The position numbers were made by a program, and so were the translations under genes. From a virus, in the IMG/VR virus record IMGVR_UViG_3300009370_000003: a stretch of DNA of 64,000 nt; one strand, 5' to 3'. Numbering within the stretch: position 1 is the stretch's first letter; each line of letters opens with the position of its first letter. This document shows, one piece after another, positions 38,195 to 47,084 of this stretch. The notes beneath the pieces were generated by a model. It saw nothing but the letters and a program-made list of their open reading frames with translations. It ran no database searches and was not told the origin of the DNA.

Positions 38195-39399
38195 AGCTCT
38201 TCTCCTAAATTCAATGAACGAGCTAATCTAATTGCAGAACCTATTGCTGTTCCAGCGTCATTTGCAACTGGGTCAACAAAGAATTGATAGTCAGGGAAAG
38301 CGTCTAGATACTTTGCATTGTTCGTGCAGTTCAACGCATACCCACCACTCAACAAAATGTTTTTGCAGTCGGGGTTATTATCTATTCCTTTCTGTATTAA
38401 CTTACAAGTTAAATCATATGAATTCTGTTCTATAAGATTGCACATGGAATGTATTGAGATATCAGGATAGTCACTATCCTTTTGGTATTCGTGTATTGCA
38501 GCTGCACCCATAACTTTACCTGCGGAGCGACCTAACTTATCAAATCCAAAATACATAGAAGCAGCTGAGAAGTTCATACCATTACTTGGTGCAGAACTAA
38601 TCACTATCTCTGCGTCTAATCCTTCTAAAGTAAGTTCGGGTGTATAGGTTAAAGCATGCTTCATTTCATTAGGGAAACACCTGTTAGTCAGCTGATCTAG
38701 TGACCTCATATTACTTAGTCGCTGGTATTGCAACTTGGGGTGTTTAAAAGGACTGCACAAATAGATACTCTCTACTTCTTGATAGTTCGGATAATCTTTA
38801 TGGAATCGACATGCACCACCACCGTCTTGAACGATACAGATAGCTTCCTCTTCTTCCTCAAAGTATTCACTAAAGTAATACCCACACTCTGCATGATAGA
38901 TATGGTGTTCTATCTCATAGTGGAATTCCTCTAGACCTAATTGCTTTGCAACAGTTGCGTGCATGTCATCGTCGCGAGGCGAATCGGTATAGGAGTGTTC
39001 AACCCCGTTATACTTAAAGACTGGTTTGCTCTCAATGTTCTCACCCCACTCCCCGAAGTGTTCTTTATACTTCTCTTTGATTGCTTGTATGCGCTCATAG
39101 CTGAGTTGTTCTTCTTTACAGAACTCTAGGATTTCTCTTTGTAGCTTTCTATTCTTTTGAGAGAGATTTTCAAATCCCCAATCATATATCCTGCGGTCAA
39201 ACGAAGCACCAATGAAATGGTCGGGTTGTTCAATGTTTTTACTCTCTATGATATGAGAGTGCATGTGACTGTCGTCAGGACTGTAATGCTTTGCTCTACG
39301 AAATCTATCTTCGTAGTATAAGAAATCTACTTCCCACTTGTCAGTATCAAACTGTGCAAGGGAAGTGTCATGACTCGAATTGTATCCAATGATTTTCAT
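38191..39399 (-). CDS. Carbamoyltransferase N-terminal domain
   Basis: HDTS, E.RF.R.K, HH..HA, DG.G, GKVMG, SGG.ALNC..N, P.A.D.G.A.G. Confidence 0.85.
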   Translation of the reverse strand: MKIIGYNSSHDTSLAQFDTDKWEVDFLYYEDRFRRAKHYSPDDSHMHSHIIESKNIEQPDHFIGASFDRRIYDWGFENLSQKNRKLQREILEFCKEEQLSYERIQAIKEKYKEHFGEWGENIESKPVFKYNGVEHSYTDSPRDDDMHATVAKQLGLEEFHYEIEHHIYHAECGYYFSEYFEEEEEAICIVQDGGGACRFHKDYPNYQEVESIYLCSPFKHPKLQYQRLSNMRSLDQLTNRCFPNEMKHALTYTPELTLEGLDAEIVISSAPSNGMNFSAASMYFGFDKLGRSAGKVMGAAAIHEYQKDSDYPDISIHSMCNLIEQNSYDLTCKLIQKGIDNNPDCKNILLSGGYALNCTNNAKYLDAFPDYQFFVDPVANDAGTAIGSAIRLARSLNLGEEL

Positions 39400-39485
39400 A
39401 ATATAATTTATCTGATTGTCTTATCTTTTTATTTGATAATCGTTTGTTTGCTTTCTTCTCTTTCCTTGAGAGACTATGTATGGTT

Positions 39486-39692
39486 TTAACTTTTGTCTTT
39501 TGGCTCATTTCTTTTATCAAAGGACGACTTTATTTTATACACCTGTTCAAGTTTGTCTTGCGTGATTAAATCACGGTCAAGGAAATCTTCAACCATTTGT
39601 CGTCTCCCATTCTTCTCACCGCTACGGAATACGAAGTAAACCAAGCCAATGACATATGCAATGTGTATCCATATTAAGTTCTCTTCCATCAT
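39486..39692 (-). CDS. Small membrane protein
   Basis: One TM helix; TATAAATA at 39694-39701. Confidence 0.6.
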   Translation of the reverse strand: MMEENLIWIHIAYVIGLVYFVFRSGEKNGRRQMVEDFLDRDLITQDKLEQVYKIKSSFDKRNEPKDKS

Positions 39693-39696
39693 GTAT

Positions 39697-40338
39697 TTAT
39701 ACTTTTCTAATTGCTCTCATTCTTTGCAAGGGCATAGGCTCACCTGAAATTCTATGAAAGAACATAACCAATGTTAATCTATCCTCTTCATCTTCTCTTT
39801 CAAAGCTGTTCGCACTATGATGAATATTTCCATTAAACAATAGGAATCTATTATATATTCCCTTTACATCTAATTCTTTTTGAAATGAGCTGTTGAATTC
39901 TTCTTGGACTTTCTTGTCTTGCTCAGTCAGATACCCTCTAAGATTAGCTTTCATTTTTATCTCGAAGGGGTCGGGGTCTCGATTAAATTCATGAGTTCTT
40001 TTATATAATGAAGTGCCCGCATTATCATTTAAGTAGAGTATGCCCGTGGCGAAGCAGTTGTCGTGGTGAACCCAACCATGGTGCAACTTCGATGGAACTC
40101 TTTGAACTTGCATAGAGCAGTCAACCTCTCCATCTAGGACATCATGAATAGAATGAAAGAGTGCCATAATTCTTGTGGCAATATTATCATACAGTGGAAA
40201 TGCAACCTCATGAAGCTTATCACTTCTTCTGCCGGGCCACAATCCTTTTGGGCAAGGACGATAATCTAATCTATTAGCGAACTCCACAAAGTGCTGTGGC
40301 TCATCTAAAAAATTATCTACTATCGTTATCGGTATCAC
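39697..40338 (-). CDS. 2OG-Fe(II) oxygenase-like protein
   Basis: IVDNF..P, WPG.RS, WVHHD, G.LYL, GT, YNR, H.A, RLT...F. Confidence 0.82.
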   Translation of the reverse strand: MIPITIVDNFLDEPQHFVEFANRLDYRPCPKGLWPGRRSDKLHEVAFPLYDNIATRIMALFHSIHDVLDGEVDCSMQVQRVPSKLHHGWVHHDNCFATGILYLNDNAGTSLYKRTHEFNRDPDPFEIKMKANLRGYLTEQDKKVQEEFNSSFQKELDVKGIYNRFLLFNGNIHHSANSFEREDEEDRLTLVMFFHRISGEPMPLQRMRAIRKV

Positions 40339-40535
40339 TGTTTGTGTTTGTATGTGCGGGTCTTTTTAATTGGGCTTCTTATGCTATACCCAAAGTCAAA
40401 GAGCCTATCCCATTCCTGTATGGCCTTGTATATAATATACCCAAGGAGATACCAAGCACCCAAAGAGATTACCCACTTAAAGGCAAACCCAAGAACGGTG
40501 TAAGGGAATAAGATTATTGATTCAATTAATTCCAT
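40335..40535 (-). CDS. Small membrane protein
   Basis: Hydrophobic ORF in an operon. Confidence 0.5.
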   Translation of the reverse strand: MELIESIILFPYTVLGFAFKWVISLGAWYLLGYIIYKAIQEWDRLFDFGYSIRSPIKKTRTYKHKQ

Positions 40536-40810
40536 GATTCTACTATTGCTTCGACTTGTGATTGCTTATACCATACACCTGAAAATATCCAAGTCGACTG
40601 AGACTTATCAGGCAGTAGAGGTTCAACTACGAACCTCGGTGTTCCAGCAGGACTTCTGTCCTTGCATATTCTGTAATTATTTATTGCAGTGAGGAATACT
40701 CTCATATTAAAACGGCCAGTCCTTAAATCCCGTAGTCGCCCAATAGACTAATACGGAAACGGTAGCCGTGAATAAGACTGCTCCTAGCACTGCAAAGATA
40801 TAGACTAAAT

Positions 40811-41071
40811 CTAATTCCATTGTGCTTCCTTTATTTCTTGTAAATACTTTTCGACATTATCCCATGTTAAATGCCCAATGACATCTTGAGTAATCGGCGT
40901 ATGATAAGTTATCTCGTCTTCTGTATCTAGAACTGCCAACTCCCATAGGCCGTCTGTCCCACCGTAACTATACTCGTGCTTGATTACACTTGCACCATAA
41001 CCATTGGGAAACTTATAGGTGTGCTGAACCCCGCCGTGGTAATAATTGGTTTCCTTCAAAAACTCTCTCAC
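40811..41071 (-). CDS. Conserved phage hypothetical protein
   Basis: FPNGYGASV....[12 protein letters not shown]...TPIT.DVIG.L. Confidence 0.75.
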   Translation of the reverse strand: MREFLKETNYYHGGVQHTYKFPNGYGASVIKHEYSYGGTDGLWELAVLDTEDEITYHTPITQDVIGHLTWDNVEKYLQEIKEAQWN

Positions 41072-41208
41072 TATCTTAACCTCTCTTCTAGAATTTTAAT
41101 ATCCTTTAGCTCTCTCTTGTTCGGTTCTTTAATTGTTTTTAATCGGTCAAGAGCTCTCTGTCTTCTAGACCTAATGTTTTTATTTCTCCACGCTCTTACA
41201 CCCATATT

Positions 41209-41370
41209 TTAACTCCATTGACCTGAATGGTCTTCTCGTTCACCACAATGTGGACAATATAACTTATACGGTTTCCATTCGTCCATAACTGCAATGCTCC
41301 AAAACCCATTGCACTCTGAGCAAGTGAAATGCCAGATGATTTCTTTATTGGGCTGAGGTTTATTAATCAT
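41209..41370 (-). CDS. Small zinc-ribbon protein
   Basis: WHFTCSEC..WS...LYCPHCG; not in ORF track. Confidence 0.6.
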   Translation of the reverse strand: MINKPQPNKEIIWHFTCSECNGFWSIAVMDEWKPYKLYCPHCGEREDHSGQWS

Positions 41371-41572
41371 GGATAGGTAAACTTATATATTCGCAATAAA
41401 CATTCTTGTCGTCACAAATTAAAACATTCGTCATTAGTTTGCAATCCTCAAGTGTCCCGCTCTGGTCGCACCTGAGTTTAACTAGGTTGTCTCGTGGATA
41501 GACTGTAAGACCAGCACAACTCTGTAGTAGTAGCAGTAGAGTGAAGATTATCATTATCGCTGGGTATTTCAT
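41363..41572 (-). CDS. Small putative lipoprotein
   Basis: Signal peptide with LQSC lipobox. Confidence 0.5.
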   Translation of the reverse strand: MKYPAIMIIFTLLLLLQSCAGLTVYPRDNLVKLRCDQSGTLEDCKLMTNVLICDDKNVYCEYISLPIHD

Positions 41573-41821
41573 ACGGAGCCTCCGTCATTATCATTATTAT
41601 TTAGATAGATTATAACCATCATTACTATTACCAACAGTGCTATTAAAGTATTCATACTCGTTGCGACCAATCCTCACTGAATAAACATAACCTTTCTTGA
41701 CCGTCACATGTCTCATAGACAAACTGACTGGATAATATTTGTGTCACCTTTCCCGTGTGTTCTCTGTCAAAGTAAGGTTCTCTGTGAATTATCTTATCAC
41801 CTACGCTCGGGAACTTTGGCT

Positions 41822-42070
41822 TCACTGTGCAATATATCCTGCTAGGGTTCTCAATAAAAACATTAACCCCATAGCATTCAGCATAATCAACGCACGGTCT
41901 TTCCATAGTATAGAGACCACCAACCACAAGGACACCCCTATGGTAGACGCTACAAGGTCAAAGACAGTAAACCCATCTACCCCTCTAACCGACATAGCAG
42001 ATAGAATAAAGATACTTGCTACCCACTTAAGATACCAATCAGCAGTAAACTTTTTATGCTTCTCTTTCAT
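41822..42070 (-). CDS. Small membrane protein
   Basis: WY.KW.AS, W.DRALI.LN, three TM segments. Confidence 0.7.
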   Translation of the reverse strand: MKEKHKKFTADWYLKWVASIFILSAMSVRGVDGFTVFDLVASTIGVSLWLVVSILWKDRALIMLNAMGLMFLLRTLAGYIAQ

Positions 42071-42254
42071 ATTAGGAAAACAATCCCGCTATTAAAAGAT
42101 AAGGCAAACCTAAAAAGAATATCATGATAGCATACAAGCCGTAGATAAGAAGTTCCAACCGTCTAAAACGATAGTCTCTTTCGTCAAATAACTTATCAAT
42201 TTTCTTTGTCATGACACCATTATACCATATACATACCCACACTGACTAGAGGGT

Positions 42255-42680
42255 TTATTGAGAAAACCGTTCCATGACTAGGTCAAAAAGAAAGTCCTCG
42301 TGCTTCCGTGCTGGATTCTCATACATGTATTCACCTCGTGCAGCCTGACGAACATGTATCATTTCGTGTGAAAGAGTCTCCAAGAGCGGCACTCGTACAC
42401 CATACATGTCCTTGCGGGCTAGTTCAACTACAATATCCTTACAATTATTTTCGGTATCTATGTCATTACACGGATAACAACACCCCACGGCGTCTCTGAA
42501 CTCGTCTAAGAACTGATTATGCACAATAATATCCAGTCGTATGTTATCGTGTTTATCCAGTCCTAGTATAGGAATAGAGTGCAGAATAAACTCTTCTATC
42601 TTATCATGCTCTCTCACTTCTCCCCCGCGAGGGCCAGATATATCAATTTTAATACTCATATTTTTCCTTTCACGGGTCAT
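42255..42680 (-). CDS. Putative HEXXH metallopeptidase
   Basis: TLSHEMIHVRQ. Confidence 0.65.
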   Translation of the reverse strand: MTRERKNMSIKIDISGPRGGEVREHDKIEEFILHSIPILGLDKHDNIRLDIIVHNQFLDEFRDAVGCCYPCNDIDTENNCKDIVVELARKDMYGVRVPLLETLSHEMIHVRQAARGEYMYENPARKHEDFLFDLVMERFSQ

Positions 42681-42807
42681 TTTTTCCCGAGAATTTTTTT
42701 TGGGACTGGGTTTATTAGCCGGTCAAAGATATTCACTAGGGGGCTTGAGGCCTCTCTCAGATTTTATAGGAGTCCCAAAACACTGTTTAAAGGCCCTCAG
42801 GCTGAGT

Positions 42808-42981
42808 CTAAGAGACCTTGCGGTACTCTACTATATGACCTTTCGCGCCGTATTTAATTGCAACAGCGGCCGCGTCTGCGAGCTTCAGCGGTGTTTTTGA
42901 CCGTAGTTCTAACTCGTAGGAGCCATCTATTGTTATAATCTTAGGATTTATAGTATAAATTTCGAATAAAGATTCACTCAT
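42808..42981 (-). CDS. Small hypothetical early protein, 57 aa
   Basis: MSESLFEIY..., overlaps the upstream ORF stop. Confidence 0.45.
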   Translation of the reverse strand: MSESLFEIYTINPKIITIDGSYELELRSKTPLKLADAAAVAIKYGAKGHIVEYRKVS

Positions 42982-43150
42982 CTTTTGATTTATTATCCTT
43001 GTAATGGGCGCTGATACGGGCCGGCAATACTAATACATCATTGCAGAATTCACAGCAGCGGCCGTTGGTGAATAGGGGATAGGGATTGTGACCCATATCC
43101 AAGAGGTTGTCATCACATATGACACATTGTTTCATTTCATCTAATATCAT
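42974..43150 (-). CDS. Small Cys-rich (Zn-binding) protein, 58 aa
   Basis: CVIC...GHNPYPL...GRCCEFCN...V.PAR. Confidence 0.6.
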   Translation of the reverse strand: MILDEMKQCVICDDNLLDMGHNPYPLFTNGRCCEFCNDVLVLPARISAHYKDNKSKDE

Positions 43151-43157
43151 AGTCTGT

Positions 43158-43187
43158 ATAGTAGCACATATAGCGAGGCGCTGTCAA
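43158..43187 (-). promoter_or_regulatory. Sigma70-type early promoter
   Basis: TTGACA-GCGCCTCGCTATATGTGC-TACTAT. Confidence 0.7.
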
Positions 43188-43199
43188 GGCCTATTATGT

Positions 43200-43455
43200 G
43201 ACCCTCTGAGACCCTTTGTTTATAGGGGTTTCAGAGGTATGCACTGTTTTGGTGCATAAATTGGTCTTGAGAACCACCCTATCCAATCCTTAGATGGCTC
43301 TCAAGATAACATAATATGTGGGAATCTCTCTCATGTTCCCGCGACCTTCTCGGTAGATAACCCCAGTGACTTCATTTATAGTGAGAGATTGTCACGATAG
43401 GAGTCTCTCACAGGCGCAATCCACGGTCATATCCACTGGTCAATACCGTTTCATA
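43200..43455 (-). ncRNA. Candidate multi-hairpin small RNA
   Basis: Six tandem hairpins after an extended -10 (TGTGGTATAAT); no sizeable ORF. Confidence 0.5.
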
Positions 43456-43505
43456 TACTAATATTATACCACAATCGTCCATTCTATACTAGGCCCTTTC
43501 CTATA

Positions 43506-43706
43506 TTAGTAGGGGCAATCAGGAAGATTGTCGTATCGAAGCTTTATTAGAGTGTCGATCAGGGTGTCCGTATCTAGCTTATTAGGGATTTTATCGATAC
43601 CATAGTCGGCAATGTCTTTGATTACCAGCCATATATCCTTATCCGCCAATGCACATACAGCATCAGTGATCGCATCTATGTTGTTGTCATTTACTATATT
43701 ACTCAT
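43506..43706 (-). CDS. Small hypothetical early protein
   Basis: Starts just downstream of the promoter at 43716-43745. Confidence 0.6.
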   Translation of the reverse strand: MSNIVNDNNIDAITDAVCALADKDIWLVIKDIADYGIDKIPNKLDTDTLIDTLIKLRYDNLPDCPY

Positions 43707-43715
43707 TATGTATAC

Positions 43716-43745
43716 AGTATATCAAATATGCGGAGGCATTGTCAA
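43716..43745 (-). promoter_or_regulatory. Sigma70-type early promoter
   Basis: TTGACA-ATGCCTCCGCATATTTGA-TATACT, near copy of the promoter at 28418. Confidence 0.8.
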
Positions 43746-43905
43746 GTATTTCGTAACCTCTGAGACCCTTATAGGGCGGGCTATAGGAGAGAGCGCCTCT
43801 TATAAAGCACTCTTTTTATCTACGGGGAGTAGTTTCGACCTTTTCCGTTTCCCCATCTCTGGCCGTTACATTCAATTCATTTCATAATTTCCCATTTACT
43901 AAGAC

Positions 43906-43935
43906 ATTATATCAGAATAGCGGGGTCATAGTCAA
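43906..43935 (-). promoter_or_regulatory. Sigma70-type early promoter
   Basis: TTGACT-ATGACCCCGCTATTCTGA-TATAAT. Confidence 0.75.
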
Positions 43936-44159
43936 GGCTTTTTTACCTGTCGTAGCCGTATTACAGGGAGGCAGAAGAAGCGCGCAGAGCTCTGAAGCTT
44001 CTCAAAATCCCTCCGAAATGCCTTGACTCCTAACTAAATATGTGCTTAGCCTCCCCAAACAACACGCCCTGTAAGCAGAATTTCACCATTATCACCATTA
44101 ACCATTCTGCGTATTATTTTCCATTATCCTCTGTATACTGGGGAGAATAAATATTCATT

Positions 44160-44753
44160 ATGGACTTCTTGCCCTTCGAAATATATTCTGCACCCTTTCC
44201 ACGGGGAAAATATGGGCGCATATGGGAGATTCCGAACTATCTCAGTGACGAAGAATTGTGGAAAATCACTGATAATATTACTTTGAATCATACTCCTATA
44301 TCCTCTGACATCTATCCGAATAACTCTCATTATGTAGACCACACTAATAAATCTCTATCCATTCTCGCCGCAGCTACTGAGATATTCCGTTACCACTTAG
44401 AGAATAATGATATAAACGCTTCTTATGCCTTTGGAGGTCTTGAGGGCCTTGAGTCTCGTAAGTTTATGCTAGATGAGCGGGTTCAGGGTAGTCCTAAAGG
44501 CATGAGGGAGTATCCGCCTCATACAGATGCTGGTAAATTCCTGACTTGTTTAGTACCGCTGAGTCCTGTGAAGTCTGTTCCGACTTCGTTCTTTGGCTTA
44601 GATAATAGAGAGAAGGTTGTGTCTATACCATGGAAGGTTAACCATGCTTATTTGTTTTGTTCTAGTCGGGAGTATTCATGGCACGGATATGCTGGAGATA
44701 AGAAGCACGACAGATGGGTTCTTAATGTGAATTTATTTCAAGATGATTCTTAA
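44160..44753 (+). CDS. 2OG-Fe(II) oxygenase-like protein
   Basis: PHTD..K.LT, W..N.A..F, SWH.Y, R..LN.N. Confidence 0.75.
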   Translation: MDFLPFEIYSAPFPRGKYGRIWEIPNYLSDEELWKITDNITLNHTPISSDIYPNNSHYVDHTNKSLSILAAATEIFRYHLENNDINASYAFGGLEGLESRKFMLDERVQGSPKGMREYPPHTDAGKFLTCLVPLSPVKSVPTSFFGLDNREKVVSIPWKVNHAYLFCSSREYSWHGYAGDKKHDRWVLNVNLFQDDS

Positions 44754-45327
44754 CAGTTTTAAATCGTATGGTGTTTATTTCTAGGTTGTTATCCCATTCG
44801 AAATATATGTCTATGGCCATTGAATATCGCGGGTCTTGTCCAGTGTTTTCATAAACGGCATGGTCTAAGTCGCAGGTGAATATATGAATATCACCCACCT
44901 CATTCTCATGCATTCCATAATCCTCATACCATGTTAGATTATATTCACCGCCGAGGAATATATTTGCATTGTAGAACATATGGCGTCTCATGAATTCATG
45001 CTGTACCGTTCTGCCATGATAGTGGAGTAGGAGTTCTTCTCCTACTGATAGCTTATTGCCCCAGCACTGGAGTATCATATATTTCCATTCCCTGAATTCA
45101 GGTAGATTAAATAATCGTTGTTCTATATTGAGGTGTTCGAGTGATTCGTTATATAGCCAGTTGTATACGGGATAGGTTGCAGTGAGCCCTTCGTATCCAG
45201 TGTTCTCACCGCGAGGCACATTGTCCTTATCCTTTTCGAATACGGATATGATATGCTCGCATTCTTCGGGTGTTAAAAATTGTGGATAAGACTTGTGATA
45301 TCGTTTATTAGCTGGTGGTCTCGGCAT
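44722..45327 (-). CDS. 2OG-Fe(II) oxygenase-like protein
   Basis: FLTPEEC, W.N, HYH, H.V, PR.S.A.D. Confidence 0.75.
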   Translation of the reverse strand: MPRPPANKRYHKSYPQFLTPEECEHIISVFEKDKDNVPRGENTGYEGLTATYPVYNWLYNESLEHLNIEQRLFNLPEFREWKYMILQCWGNKLSVGEELLLHYHGRTVQHEFMRRHMFYNANIFLGGEYNLTWYEDYGMHENEVGDIHIFTCDLDHAVYENTGQDPRYSMAIDIYFEWDNNLEINTIRFKTVKNHLEINSH

Positions 45328-45565
45328 CTTCCCATTCTATATCTGCTTCAAATGCACCGCTATAATCCATTTCTGTATCTACAGTGTATTTCTCATACCC
45401 ATGTTGATTATAGTTCCTAGCATTCTGCCTATTCTCTAATGCAGCCAGCCTATCTTCAATTTGCTCTAGTCTTTCTATAAGGTGTGGAAATCGTGTTGCT
45501 TGCTTCTGCTCAATCTTTTTAATCTTAGTCAATAAGACTCTATTGCTTAATACTGGTGTAGTCAT
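45308..45565 (-). CDS. Small coiled-coil protein
   Basis: ORF overlapping the downstream gene. Confidence 0.55.
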   Translation of the reverse strand: MTTPVLSNRVLLTKIKKIEQKQATRFPHLIERLEQIEDRLAALENRQNARNYNQHGYEKYTVDTEMDYSGAFEADIEWEDAETTS

Positions 45566-45647
45566 AGATTTATTTTAAATACTCCTATCATGCTCACTAA
45601 AAATAAGATAACACTTAATCCAAAGATTATCTTAACTGCTGTGTTCA

Positions 45648-46544
45648 TTATAATACCCACCATCGGAGATATTCGTCTTCTTCAAGATTATCTGTATCTC
45701 CTTCAAAGGTTATCCAACTTGCTTGCCTAGAGATATCTCTATACTCATGTTCCTTGTGAAACAATGCAGATTCTTCGTCACCACCTAGTCCTCTCCAACC
45801 ATAGCCATCTACTGGTGGATTGAAGTGTGGTCTGACATTCTCTTCCCATAGTATATTGCGCTGTTCTTGTTTTTCCCAATCGTTAGGTGCATATGGGATA
45901 TTGACACCGTGTGCATGAGCAAGATAAAAGAATTTGGGTTCTAATTCACATTCAAACCATTGCTGAGCACCATATGGTGTGGCGTCATAGTCCTCTATTA
46001 TTTGTTCATAGTTATCTTCAAACTCATTATATATCATTCCAGCGGTTGAGGAGGCAACACCAATATAGAAAGGTGACATATCTGATTCTTCATTCCACCA
46101 ATTATCAAACTGCTGAATTGGGTAGAGGTCATTCTCTAATATTAATATTTTATCTTCAGCTGGAATAGATTTAGCAGCGTTTTCTGTTTTTCCTTGTTCA
46201 GGGACGGATTCCATGGAGGGCATTGCCATCAAGTCTCGTCCTACTGTGGGTGCATTCAAGACAACCACTTTATTATCTCCATGTAATTGTCGTTTTGCTG
46301 CTTTAAAGCAGTTCATATATGACCAAAACCCTTCAAACTTATCTGCATCATATTCAATGACACGACAATGCCTTTCGAACATGGATTTATCTATGTTGGT
46401 TAATACGAACAAGTCGACTAACTTAACCCCGTCATGGGTATACCATGTTCTCTGAACGGAGAATGAATCGGATAGTCGATTTACATCATCTACCGACCAA
46501 CCACCTTCTCCACAATATACATAAAAACTAACTACTGCATTCAT
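45648..46544 (-). CDS. Divergent glycosyltransferase-like protein
   Basis: WSVDDVNRL, LFVLTN, GFWSYMNCF echo the Y..EYVNRL/F.CLTD/GWWNKL pattern of phage GTs; weak match. Confidence 0.4.
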   Translation of the reverse strand: MNAVVSFYVYCGEGGWSVDDVNRLSDSFSVQRTWYTHDGVKLVDLFVLTNIDKSMFERHCRVIEYDADKFEGFWSYMNCFKAAKRQLHGDNKVVVLNAPTVGRDLMAMPSMESVPEQGKTENAAKSIPAEDKILILENDLYPIQQFDNWWNEESDMSPFYIGVASSTAGMIYNEFEDNYEQIIEDYDATPYGAQQWFECELEPKFFYLAHAHGVNIPYAPNDWEKQEQRNILWEENVRPHFNPPVDGYGWRGLGGDEESALFHKEHEYRDISRQASWITFEGDTDNLEEDEYLRWWVL

Positions 46545-46592
46545 TTTATATTTTCACTCCTAATAATATATTCATTCATTTATTTAGTTTGT

Positions 46593-47084
46593 CTAAAGAG
46601 CACCCTTTAGAATAATATTGTCACTTCCGTCAGCATTCTTATCGTTTAGCACACAAACTTCTTCAAAGTTATTCTTCCCTTGTGCTGCGCCTCTTGCTAC
46701 AGCATTATTGAGCTTCGTCCCTATAAGACAATAGCCACCCATATCTTTTGCCCATTGCAGAAGTAAAGGAATGGGTCTTTTATGTTCTCCGCCCCAATTA
46801 TCTTTGCTGGTTTTTCTATATTCAGGTATCACTAGCATTTGCCTTATCCATATATTGTTTTCAATACGACAATTAATAGAATATCCAAACCAACACTCCT
46901 CTACATTATCCCACATGCCGAATGCATATTCATAGGTATTGATTCTATATAACCATTCCTCTTCTGATAATGACGATAAGAATATTCCCGTGCCTCCTTT
47001 AAGCTTTGGGCCTTCAATTAATTCCATTTCCATTAACCATGGAATATCTTTCTCTTGGAGCTTAATTAAATTGTATCTATCCAT
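46593..47084 (-). CDS. GNAT-family acetyltransferase-like protein
   Basis: WIRQMLVIPEYRK; N..AR. Confidence 0.6.
   Translation of the reverse strand: MDRYNLIKLQEKDIPWLMEMELIEGPKLKGGTGIFLSSLSEEEWLYRINTYEYAFGMWDNVEECWFGYSINCRIENNIWIRQMLVIPEYRKTSKDNWGGEHKRPIPLLLQWAKDMGGYCLIGTKLNNAVARGAAQGKNNFEEVCVLNDKNADGSDNIILKGAL

Noticed and set aside
43200-43455. Hairpin series as a CRISPR mini-array or retron msr-msd
   Set aside because: Hairpins do not share a repeat sequence, and no reverse transcriptase is in the window
43820-43870. CGAAAC as a hammerhead ribozyme core
   Set aside because: No CTGANGA partner nearby
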